From Tubiluchus corallicola (lineage: Eukaryota > Animalia > Priapulida), in NCBI GenBank assembly GCA_030141605.1, contig JAQGDQ010001378.1, positions 1 to 43,826 on the forward strand: a stretch of DNA of 43,826 nt. Reading direction: 5' to 3'. The notes below the pieces were generated by a model. That model made no database searches. It had not been told where the DNA came from and saw only the letters and a program-made list of their open reading frames with translations. Numbering within the stretch: the first letter of the stretch is position 1; every line of letters starts with the position of its first letter. Below, piece by piece: positions 23,301-34,553 of this stretch. Position numbers and translations under genes: made by a program.

Positions 23301-26300
23301 CACGTTTTTGAAAACTAAAATACCTTCATACCATCATATCTTCGCACAGTTACTTTTGTCCTTATGAGTGATATTCACATCATTCATAACCTTTTGCTAG
23401 GGGAGTACTAAAACAATCAGTAATAGTACACAACAATTAATTGCATCAAAGTGTTGCTTTAACATGAATCTATTGTGCCATTAAAATCTTGTGAGACCTC
23501 GCAGGTCTCATGCAACCTATAAATCTTCAGGGTATGATTGGAGTAGCAACTTGAAGAACACAACTCCAATCTGTAGACGTCTCACGTGTTTGTCTGTTGA
23601 ATACCGATCAGTATCACATATTTTTATCATCTTAACATCCATCTGTCCTTCAAGATAGCTGCAATGTTGTTGATGAGTTGAGATCCTGTGAATTTTCAGC
23701 CATTTGGTTTAATTAAAAAACTTAATTCTAGAGTTTTCAGCTCACTGCTTTGATCATACCTCGAGATTGCAGCTGTGGGACAGGATGACGTCACACTAAT
23801 TTTTGAGGGCATGATTGAGTTTCTCTTGTTTCAGCCATTCTTTGATGCAATAAATTATTTATACTGTTACTTGTGGGTCTTGTATCTTCCTAACAAAAAG
23901 TTATGTACCACCCCGTATTACCCTGTACGATATACTAGTTGGCCCGACTCTTTTCTTTTATTTATCATACTCGTTGAGAATTTACATACAAGAACAGACA
24001 TAAACCAATAGATATTATGTGCCTGAAACCAAATAGCCTATTTACTGAATAAAAAGGTCACTGAAAATTTGTCATTTTTTATTCTGCATCGCTGTTTTCA
24101 CAAAAATCTGAGTTTAATCACATGAAGCTTACCTTGATGCAAGGCATGTGCTCTCTTTTACCTGTGCCTGCACATATTTAACCATGCCTGCACATATTTA
24201 TAAATCACTGCTTGTAGTTTTTGACTCTCATAGTAAAGGTTTCCTAATTATAAGTATTCATTGCAGGAAAATGACATTGACCGATGCTTTAGAGCGGTCA
24301 CTAAAGAAGGGTAAAGGAGAGGAGCAGAGTCAAGCGGCGAATGCCTGCTCAGCTTTATGTATCCAGTTAGGTGCTTACGACGACGTGGACGTTGTCTTCC
24401 GGTCATTACACTCCACATTGCTGACCATCATGCTAGATAATAGTGCAACAGCTAAAGCTAGGAGCAGTGTAAGTCTTGCTGTGATGCGATTAGGTTTTCG
24501 TCATCCTGTTTTGTTATTTTCTTCACGTGCGAAGAAGGTAGCAATTGTGTGATTGTTGAGTATCCCTTAATGAAGGAGTACAAGGTGTTCCAAAAGAAAC
24601 AATGCAGTAGAAATATGTGAAATATGAAAAAATTAACTATTAACTTGAACTTACCATATAACTTGATATGATAATGCCTATTGGACTTTATGTGGTGTAA
24701 TATTGGTTTGCTAATGTTTGTAGCATTTGTTAATACAATGTTTTTTTTTGGAACACCTTATAATTAGTGAACTTGTTCAAACTTAAACTAATTGTCCTGA
24801 TATCTATTTTTGTCTCTAATAAATGTATAATTTTTATTTTTATTCGTCTTTTATTCTAACAGTTAAATAGCTCTGAAAAACCTGGAAATTAGGGCTGAGA
24901 GCACCTCTTATTTATTGCAGAAACGACAATAGGTAATGCACTGAATACGAGCAGGCATTTGGTCTTGAATTCCTTCTGTGCAAATAATGACTTTGATCGT
25001 TAGGGACGTAAAACTGATTACTTTGATGATAACGATCTCTGATGCATCTTAACATCCTTCAGTTTCCTGCAACTCCATCTTAACTCTTGCTTTTTTCAAT
25101 ATTGGTTCACATAAGAAGTAAATTTCATATGAAAATATTTTTCCACACTAATGCTATTGATAGATCCGATCACCAAAATTTTTGGCCTATGCTAATTACA
25201 TTTTAAAAACTTCACGACTTTTTCTTAGTATTAACAAATTAGTTTGCAGCTAACGATATCATTAATTAATTAAATCATGACTCTGATTGCCAATGTTTAT
25301 AAACCAGAGTTTATTTTAACAATTATTGCCCATTGCGGGTAATGAGTTTTTGAAAAAAGAGACTGAAAAATCCTGACAAGTCAACAATTTTTCAGCGTCT
25401 CCTTCAACTCAATGTAATAATTGTTAAATTACCGCGGTGGTTTATAAACTCTTGCAATCACAGTTATAATTAATTTAATTATTGCTTTCCTGGTATTTGT
25501 AGCAAGATGAAATATATTGTGATGTTCCTGGTTTGTAGTGGTTATAATCGTTCAGTGGAAGACTGGCAGTTTGTTTATTTTCTGAGTCACTTCATGTTGT
25601 TGTTTATTTGTTGCAGTGTGCATCATCTATTGGAGTCTGCTGTTTCATTACTGGTGGAGAGAACGAGGTATTATTATAACAAACTATAAAGTAATGTTAG
25701 TGTAAAAGCACTTGGGTTAAAAGATTTGCATATTATATGTCTTATTATAGAAAAGTTTGTGTTTCTTAGCCTAATTAACTCTAATACTTGACTTTTGCAT
25801 GACTTTGTTGCGATGCATGAAAGTAATAAATATTGTTAATCATAAGTTATAGAGTTAATTAGAAGAGAAAATATCATATTTGATTCATTATGGAAACCAC
25901 ATGTATAAATCAGGACGTGTCTTCTGCATCTTGATGGTAGAAAATGAGGTAGATATTTGGGATCTAGCACATTGATTATGTTCAAAAAATTCTTGATTTA
26001 CTTCCAAGCTAATGATAACACTTCCTCTTTTGTTGTTAAACTCGACTTAAGAGTTTTGTTAATTGTGGTTTGTTGTTCTGTTAATGATATTGAAATTGAA
26101 TTTATTAAATTTAGCCATAATATTTTTGGTTATTGTTGATTGTTTATTGATCAAAGTAGTTTATCACTGAAAGTGTGTACTTTTTCAGAATTTGGTTAAA
26201 ATCATGGACTCCTTAGTTAACATCTTCAAAGCGTCCTTCCACAGCGGCGGAGCCAAGCCAGTTCTAACACCAGATATGATGTCATTGCACGCAAGTGCGC

Positions 26301-28619
26301 TGGCAGCTTGGAGCCTTCTGTTGACTGTTGCGCCACCTGGCTGGGCTAGCAGTATAATAAATAAGTGAGCAGTGGTTTTTGTGTTGATATACATAATATA
26401 TAACTTAATTACATACAGTTTAACTATCTAATGGATTATTAAAACCAATAAATGTAACCTGCCTGTGATTTACAAAAGACTTTTGTAAAAAATCATGTTA
26501 ATTTGTTGAAGCATGGTGCAAAATTTTTGTTGGCTATTTTAAATCTTTCTTAAGTTAAGTTTATTATAACCATTTTTATTTATTTGGTATTGCCTATCAG
26601 AGGATATATACTGTATATCTAAAGAAAGCCCATTCAGTCAACATCAGTGCAAAACATTCCATAATTGTGCTTCTTTTGCCTGTATATTTGTTTGTGTAAG
26701 AGTTACATCAGATTGTTTAAGTAGGTACAGCATTACGTTTAAACACAAAACATGGATAGGAATCAACGAGGATATCTTCAATAGGAATTTTTATTTGTGA
26801 AAACAGCGATNNNNNNNNNNNNNNNNNNNNNNNNNNNNNNNNNNNNNNNNNNNNNNNNNNNNNNNNNNNNNNNNNNNNNNNNNNNNNNNNNNNNNNNNNN
26901 NNNNNNNNNNNNNNNNNNNNNNNNNNNNNNNNNNNNNNNNNNNNNNNNNNNNNNNNNNNNNNNNNNNNNNNNNNNNNNNNNNNNNNNAACAACCAATGCA
27001 CAAATCTTGGAAATTAAGTCAGCTAGCTATTGAGTGTGCTGGCTTGTTTTCTAAGTAATATTACTGGTAAGTAATGTACTTCCTATTTATAATGTTAGTT
27101 TTTTTATTCCAGGATTTTGAAGGATCTGACATTGATGGTTTATGTGAGAAGCTGCGCATGTTAGCGACTGACAGCAATAAGTATCGTGCGAAGAAGGACC
27201 GTCGCCAACAGCGGTCCAGTTTTCGGGACATTCTACGGGCGGTGGAAGAGGGCGATTTCCATGAGTACTCTGTAAAGTTCGGTACGGAAAAGCTAATCAT
27301 TGATAGCTGGGTGATAAAGCGACAGTATGACTCATTGTGTCAGTGTCTAGGAGCCGGCATGAACTTGCATTTACGGGTGAGCATGTTCACATCTTTTCAG
27401 CTCATCTATATTATCCCTATAAGTCACGGACTATTCTGTTTACAGTTTTGTCTATTCACGCTTGCTAAAACATGAAAGTATGTTTAATATTATATTCACA
27501 ACTCTTATTTCAGTATATCTGCTGCTTTTACGGTATCCAGTTATTAAAATACGAATATGCCGTTTTTGTACAATGTCATTTTAAAGAACTTTTCTGTCCA
27601 ATTTTTGATTTTCTTGAATTCTATAACGTCCTAAGCATATGTCTCCTGTTAGTTTTGGGCTTTGTGCACGAAAATGTCGCAATAATTTTGGGATGAATCA
27701 CTGGTGGCTGTATCATTTTTTTGTTTTTCACTAGTTAAATAGCCTAATTCTGGGCAACATCATTTTGTTACATATTCATTTAACTGCTTTTCGTACTCCT
27801 AACATTGATTGCATAGAATCTGGTGACTTTGCCTTAGTCTTGTTGGTCTGAATATTGAATTAGATTAAACAATTTAACTAACCATTTTCTAATTTGCGTT
27901 TAGGAAAATGATCTGATCCGTGACATATTCAGATTGGGACCACCACTAACACCGGATGATATTAAATTAAATAAAATTAGCAAAGTAGAGAGGGTAGGTA
28001 CCTGTTTTAAATTGTATGAAGCTTTTTAAAATTTAATATTTTTGGCTATTGTGATGTACTATGCTGGTAAATTTTGTTAAATTTCACAACTAAGGAGTCT
28101 TCTTAAAAACTTTTATTTTAATTCACCCCAGCACAACTCACCATATGCCATTTTTCTTGTTCTGGTAGCTTATTTTGGTTTACTGTGCAGTGATGCAAAA
28201 ACTAACTGTTTAGGAAACCTTGTAACAGTGCGCATGTGTGTTTTTTTATAAAATTATTAGCGAGAACGATGCACTATCTGTATAGTGCACGGATCTGCCA
28301 GATCACTTTCTCTAAAAATAAAATGAAAATATTTTTCATTCTTCCCTCATTCTTTTTTTGAAAACTGTGTCTGACAACCAATTTGTAATCCATTTGTGAC
28401 ATATTTATGCTTATCTTTCACCTAATAGCGATATAGTTTAAAAATGATCATCTGTTACTGCAGAGTTTTTAAACGGATGCTAATTTTTTTATTTTGTTCT
28501 GTAAAAAATATTTTATTTGCTTTTTTTTATTTTTACAGCAAATGTACCAAGCTGCAGCTTTCAAAGCAAGAACCTTAGTACGTGGTAAAGCTAGAGATAA
28601 ACGGATGGACTTTGGATAA
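15978..28619 (+). CDS. IFRD1: Interferon-related developmental regulator (IFRD1/2 family)
   Basis: Exons 15978-16017 (MPKGKGKKKGGRV), 20520-20642, 23004-23109, 23214-23294, 24267-24468, 25617-25667, 26189-26364, [missing exon, see gap], 27113-27376, 27904-27993, 28539-28619 (TAA). Family motifs: EKSAKTRQDAL, RKMTLTDALERSLKKGKGEEQ, ALAAWSLLLT, LATDSNKYRAKKDRRQQRSSFRDILRAVE, ENDLIRDIF, AAAFKARTLVRGKARDKR. Confidence 0.95.
19739..20082. mobile_element. Tc1/mariner-superfamily (pogo/Tigger-like) MITE in IFRD intron 1 (344 bp)
   Basis: TA|CAGTCAACCCTCGTTAAACCGGAC ... GTCCGGTTTAACGAGGGTCGACTG|TA: 23/24 TIR match, TA TSD, subterminal TCCG repeats. Confidence 0.9.
20293..20353. repeat. (CA)n microsatellite
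   Basis: About 30 units with three interruptions, in IFRD intron 1. Confidence 0.95.
24581..24760. mobile_element. Short Tc1/mariner-like MITE in an IFRD intron (180 bp)
   Basis: TA|CAAGGTGTTCCAAAA ... TTTTGGAACACCTTA|TA: 14/15 terminal match with TA flanks. Confidence 0.7.
25259..25482. mobile_element. Degenerate palindromic element (MITE-like foldback) in an IFRD intron
   Basis: Nested inverted blocks: GTTTATAAACCA (25295) / TGGTTTATAAAC (25438); TTAACAATTATTGC (25316) / GTAATAATTGTTAA (25414); GAGACTGAAAAAT (25359) / ATTTTTCAGCGTCTC (25387). Confidence 0.6.
26811..26987. other. Assembly gap (177 N) inside IFRD
   Basis: Run of N. Confidence 0.99.
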
Positions 28620-31171
28620 CCTCATAATTATTTATTTTGACATAAATAGGTAATAATTATAAAATATGCTACAACTTTCTGGCAGTGAGTTTCTTCATGG
28701 TTTTTTTACAATTGCTAATATTGCGTAATCAGCTGTATGCATATCTTTGTTCTCATTGTCTTTAATTAAAGCAACGTAAATTATATTTTGTACAAAAAAA
28801 CAGAAAAATAAACTACAAAATAATTTGCATCTTTGTTGCATGAAACAGTTTATTTCATATGGTTTAGCTGTCTTTTTACACTGATTAAATCTAAACCCAA
28901 ACTGAACTTAGGGCTGCCTAAGATATAGTATGTGACATAGTGCTGTTATCAGAGTGATGGATTAATCTAATTTCAGTTAGTATAGCAGACTGCTAGTTAA
29001 TACCAATATCTACTTCACTCCGAAAAGCATGAATGTTCATGTTAAATTATAATCCAGCTAAATTGGTTTCAGATTTTTATCAGCAGGCAGCCCACAGGTA
29101 TTGTTCTCGTAATTAATGAAGAGGTAAGAAAGAGTAGAAATTAATTGGAAATTAATTTACAGTAGATCTTAAGACCGCAAGTAAATGAATGGAATTCTGA
29201 ATTGTTCAGTCAAAACATCTGTGATCATGTAGGTGTTAATAGACTATTATACGTTCACTGTAAGGATGTTTTAATGCTGTAATAAAATGTGTCACAAATC
29301 TTAAGAGGTATTTTTCTAAACTTTAGCGTAACATGCACAGTAATATTTAAATTTGGTAAAAACATCAGCACAACATGGCTGATTATTTCCTAACAATCTT
29401 CCTAACAATTATTCGCAATCAAATTGTGTTAGTTCCGTTTGCGAGCTTTTTTTAAAGTGCCATTGTATTGTGTTCATCTACATTAGTGTTTATTGATAAA
29501 GGAAGTATTTATTCATACAGTATATTTTATGCAGTTGGTATATAGTAAATAAGACTTTAAGTTATTGGCAAGTAACCTGTGTACTTGTGTACATCAAGTT
29601 ATGTATTTCTATACACACTTGGATTATATTTGAGCAAGGACTGTACATACGAAGTTTGTGTAGAACTCTATGGTAGTATTACATCTTCACATTCTTGCTT
29701 GTACGTTTATAGTATATTATTTGAATAGACTTATTTCTTTTAACTGCATAGTATAATAGCCAGTTTGGATGGTAGAACTTATTTAAGCTGACGGTTTCTT
29801 GTTGTTGACTTTAGAATTGTAACTTATAATTTGTTCTATAGCGTATAAGCTTGTATGTAGGTTAGTAAGTGTCTAGTAGTATAATATAATATTTTGGATA
29901 ATTGTTGAAATAACAAACTAATGTACATTGTGCGATCTAGAACAACATTGTACAGATACTGTTTTGTTTGATTATCTACAATAACATCTGGTCGTTTCTC
30001 TTGAAAACTTTGAGGTGTTTTGGCAATTTTCATGCACACATAGCAGAAAACATTTTTAGGCAATAAAATATCACTAACGTTAAAAGTGTAATTCTGGACT
30101 GAAATTGACTTATATTTCTGTCAGATTCTATGGTCTGCAAATTTTTTTAGTTGTTTATGTTGTTTGTCTGCCTTTGTGCAGCACTTCAATAACAAAGAGC
30201 TGAACTTTATTGAATTCCTGAAAAAGTGTTATTGTTTTTTATTCACGCTTTAGCTGGTATTAATTATCTCTGAATAATAAACCCAATTATTATTATTGCG
30301 GCATAGTGTTTGAACTAAGTGTTGCCATTGTTGTTCTTGCACGATTTGTTCCTTGCCCTAGTGAACCATTCTTTTTGCACGATTAGCTCCTAGCCAAACT
30401 AATGCCACCTGTACCTACCAACTGAGAATTCACCGTTGCCCATTGTGTTCTTATGACTGTTACAACACGACTGATGACAGTCTACACAAACTGTAATTTT
30501 TTTGCATTTGCTCTGGTAATTTTACGTGAGATGCAAATGGTTGAATCAAGCTATTTTGTCGTCTTTTCATTATTAATAATCTTGACAAACGCTAATTATA
30601 TTAGCATCAACTTACTATGATAATCATCATCGGAAAGGAATTTTTTGGCCATCCGAAAATTACGAATACTTTTCTGTCACTATAACATAAGAAATAATAT
30701 TGTTAAATCAAACATCCATTTATCACCCTAACTGCAAAATATGCATAAATTATATGTTAGTTACCTCGATTTCTTTTAGAAACTACTAATTTAGGAAATC
30801 ATGTCTGTACCTCATTACTCAGTAGTGCTGCCTGCGATTATTTACATTTAACACTTAAAAGGATGGCTGACTCTATGAGCTTTTGGTCGGCTTCGCTATC
30901 CTCTCTCCTTTTCACTTATTACTGGCAATTAGGCCTATTTACTTGTACACTATTCAACTATTCCACTCTTGCAGACTGGAAGTGGTTACTATGCATATGT
31001 AAATTGGAGAAAAAATGAATCTCAATTCAAAATAAATATCAATACGGGTATTAAAGTTTTTTATCAAGTTACTAGTTTTATTACCTGCAGCTGATTCACT
31101 CGGCGATGTGAGTGGTGAGAGGTGTTAACATTCATTACGCTTATTCGGTGCACTTTTACAAAGAGAATTGA

Positions 31172-31207
31172 CGCGAAACACGCAAACAAACAGGTATAGC
31201 GGGAAAA
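31172..31207 (+). promoter_or_regulatory. Two E2F-type sites upstream of PRIM1
   Basis: CGCGAAA at 31172-31178 and GCGGGAAAA at 31199-31207, about 100-130 bp before the ATG; typical of replication-gene promoters. Confidence 0.55.
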
Positions 31208-31304
31208 TTAGTGTTCAAGCGTACGTCAAATTTGTGAGCATTAAGCGATTAAGTTCCGAGTTTTTACTGAAATTCTTGTTTTGCACCATTGGAAAAACAC
31301 TGAA

Positions 31305-32540
31305 ATGGTGAACGAAAGCGAGTACGATCCAGCAGCGTTGCCTGATCTGTTACCAATATATTATAAACGATTGTTTCCGTATAGCGAGTACTACAGATGG
31401 TTAAGTTATGGAGAGATCGACAAAAAAGTATTCCCGAATCGGGAATTCTCATTCACTTTAAAAGACGATATCTATATTAGATATCAGTCTTTCTCAAACC
31501 AAAAGGAAATGGTAGCAGAAATACAAAGAAAATGTCCGTATAAGATTGATATAGGAGCCGTCTACACATCAAAACCCAAAGACAGATCACCAGCTACTAT
31601 TTTGACACCTCTGGAGAAAGAGCTCGTCTTCGATATTGACATGACAGACTATGATGATGTAAGAAGCTGCTGCACGGGAGCAGACATTTGTGGAAACTGT
31701 TGGCCGCTTATGACAATGGCAATAAAGATTCTTGATCGCGCTTTGCAAGATGATTTCGGATTCGACCATAGATTGTGGGTATATTCAGGTCGCCGAGGAG
31801 TCCATTGCTGGGTTTGCGACGAAAAAGCAAGACAATTATCAGTGGCTGCAAGATCAGCAGTTGCAGAATATCTGACAGTTGTTCGAGGTGGAGCAAATCA
31901 AAAGAAGAAAGTAACAATTCACGAGAACATACATCCATCTATAAAACATGCGTGGAACATTTTAAATGAACATTTCCTTGAATTTGCTGTAGATAAACAA
32001 GATTTTCTTGGTGATAATGATAAATGCAGGAAGGTCCTTGAACTTGTCCCCGATGTTGGCCTTCGAAAGCAAATTGAAATGGAATTTGAAAAAAACACAA
32101 AATCAAAAGAGAGATGGCACATGGCTATAGCCATTGTTAGATCAGCACTAAAAAATGGAACAGCAAAAAGGAACATGAAGCGCATCTTTGAAGAGATCGT
32201 ATTTCAATATTGCTATCCCAGACTGGACATTAACGTTACCAAAGGTTTGAACCATCTGCTAAAGAGCCCGTTTTGTATTCATCCTAAAACAGGTCGAGTG
32301 TGCGTACCAATTGATGCCCAAGATGTTGATAATTTTTGTCCGTTTACCGTGCCGACAATCAGCCAATTGGTCGAAGAACTGAATGCATTACAGAGTAACA
32401 AAAGTACTGAAACTGTGAAAGATTATAAGAAAACTAGCTTAAAGGATAGCATAAAAGTTTTTGAGAAGTTTCTGCATGGGCTAGAGAATTCGCGGAAGGG
32501 CAAGCGACTAGAGGGCAGCGATGCGACTATGGAATTCTGA
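31305..32540 (+). CDS. PRIM1: DNA primase small (catalytic) subunit, intronless, 411 aa
   Basis: Uninterrupted ORF from ATG 31305 (the track start at 31281 is a TTG). Motifs: YYKRLFPY, NREFSFTLKDDIYIRYQSF, PYKIDIGAVY, KELVFDIDMTDYDDVR, WVYSGRRGVHCWVCD, YPRLDINVTKGLNHLLKSPFCIHPKTGRVCVP. Confidence 0.97.
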   Translation: MVNESEYDPAALPDLLPIYYKRLFPYSEYYRWLSYGEIDKKVFPNREFSFTLKDDIYIRYQSFSNQKEMVAEIQRKCPYKIDIGAVYTSKPKDRSPATILTPLEKELVFDIDMTDYDDVRSCCTGADICGNCWPLMTMAIKILDRALQDDFGFDHRLWVYSGRRGVHCWVCDEKARQLSVAARSAVAEYLTVVRGGANQKKKVTIHENIHPSIKHAWNILNEHFLEFAVDKQDFLGDNDKCRKVLELVPDVGLRKQIEMEFEKNTKSKERWHMAIAIVRSALKNGTAKRNMKRIFEEIVFQYCYPRLDINVTKGLNHLLKSPFCIHPKTGRVCVPIDAQDVDNFCPFTVPTISQLVEELNALQSNKSTETVKDYKKTSLKDSIKVFEKFLHGLENSRKGKRLEGSDATMEF

Positions 32541-34553
32541 ACTCATTCCTATGACGACTGTTCTGCTTTCTTTCATTGTGCAGTCAATCGCATTTCAATT
32601 TCATTATCAGCTTTTCAACCCAACAAGAATTATTGTAGGCCTAATAGCATCTTGATAATAACTTTTATAATCTTTAGTTAATGATTTACCAATACAACTG
32701 AACAAGCAGGTTAGTTTCCCAAAGCGGTGCATCCAGTGTAGATGTCTGCTGCACTAATACAATGATTTAAGCATGAAATTGTTAAGTAAATTAATGTAAG
32801 TAACATTTTTATAGCTGTAATGTAAAAAAGTGACTTACCAATAAGAAAAATGTGTACTAATTAATGTCTATTTTAATAATTGTTTTGTGTTTAACTTTAT
32901 TGTTCAAAACAAAGTATGTCGATATCACCTTTACGTAAAGACACTAGTTTGTAAGTGCACTTGTGCAAAATGCAGTTTTTAGCACAATGGTGGGTTGTTG
33001 CATTTCGCGTAAACATGAAACGAGACAGATTTTTAAGCTGAGATTTCGAAAAAAATAATGCATACTAGAATTTTAAGAAAGCGTGCATCATAAGCTGTTT
33101 TAAGGATGTGTATGTTGTGTGTGTCTGTGTGATTGTGTGTTCATTTGCAATTTAAACCCTAGTTGCCTCTGAACATTTAGTTGATTTACAGTGCTTCACC
33201 ATCATACACAACTACTTTATTATACAGTTAAACAGTGATCATACTTGTTCAGTGAATCTTAAAGTACTCAACACTAATCTATCCTGCTCATTGTTATCAC
33301 ATCATCCATTTTTTTGCGTAAGCAACTAGCACTACACAACAAAAGTGCTTTGAAAAAAGTATTTTTATTGTAAAAATTTAATGGTTATTTAGATACATGT
33401 ACATTGTACAAAGACAGAACAAACCATTTTTGTTAAATGGTTAACAAAGTGAAAGCTTATAATTATAGACTAAGAAAGATGTAAATCTACAGAAAATAAA
33501 AATACATTTTATTTACATGATTGGTGCAGCTGCTAATATGCTACAGTCGAATCACAATAAAACGATTTTCACATTAAGCAGTTTCCACTATGTTCATTTT
33601 TATTGTCAAGGTCAATACAAATAAAAGCAACCAAAAAATATTAATTTTTAACACAATTGTCTCTGTAACTGTCAGTGATATTATTATTACGGAAAACTGG
33701 AGAAAATGTGCATGCTAAATTTTTACGAACTGAGCTTCAAAGCCCTGCGAAGTGATATGATGTACCATTCCATTATACACGTTAAAGGTCAATAAAAATT
33801 TGTGTTTTTATTTTATAATCATTCGTATGGGCCACTTGTTAAATTTAGTGAGCTCCACTGCAGTAAGTCATGTGCTATGTTAATAATATTGTCTATATTT
33901 AGCAGCATATACAAAATAACCTACATTTACTAGCGCTTTTATTACTAGTGTAATTTATGCACCTGGAAATGTTTGCATCAAGGCGTCCTTGCAAAATTTG
34001 CAAACAATTCTAGCACGCATTAATTTTACAGCTAATAATATTAACGTTAAAGGAGAAAAAGAGTTCAAATTAATGACTCAGTTGCTAAACAACTTTCCTT
34101 TTAACTCAGCAATCAGGAACATGATCAGGATCAGGAACAGGTTAACTTGAAAGTTTCCAGCAAATGTGCATGTTAATGATTACACATGTTAATTGATGAT
34201 TTCCGGGTTATCAGATTGAAGGGCGATTTATTCAAGGACAAAAAAACAATAATGGCCAGACTATGTGAATTTGATAATTTAGTTTGCTGGCCACACAATT
34301 CTGTAGTCTAGTCCCTGGCAGGTAACCTTGAAATTGTACCATGAGTGTTTATTTAAATGAAAATATAATGAAGAGAATTACCAGAAAACATCATGTTATG
34401 CAAATTTTTGGAGTCGTGAATTTGATTGTTTTACAGGATTCGTTATTTAATTGGCTGGAGCTTATGAAATTCAGACCATTACAGTACTGGTTTTGCTGGA
34501 ATTTTGTTAAAAGCCAAATTACATAATCAAAATGTACAATTATAATAAAATAA

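Noticed and set aside
26717-27033. ORFs full of X
   Set aside because: Artefacts of the N gap.
32541-34553. Overlapping antisense 3' UTRs of PRIM1 and MCM10
   Set aside because: Each gene has a poly(A) signal that avoids overlap (+ AATAAA at 33495; - AATAAA at 34348-34353); 3'-end data are needed.
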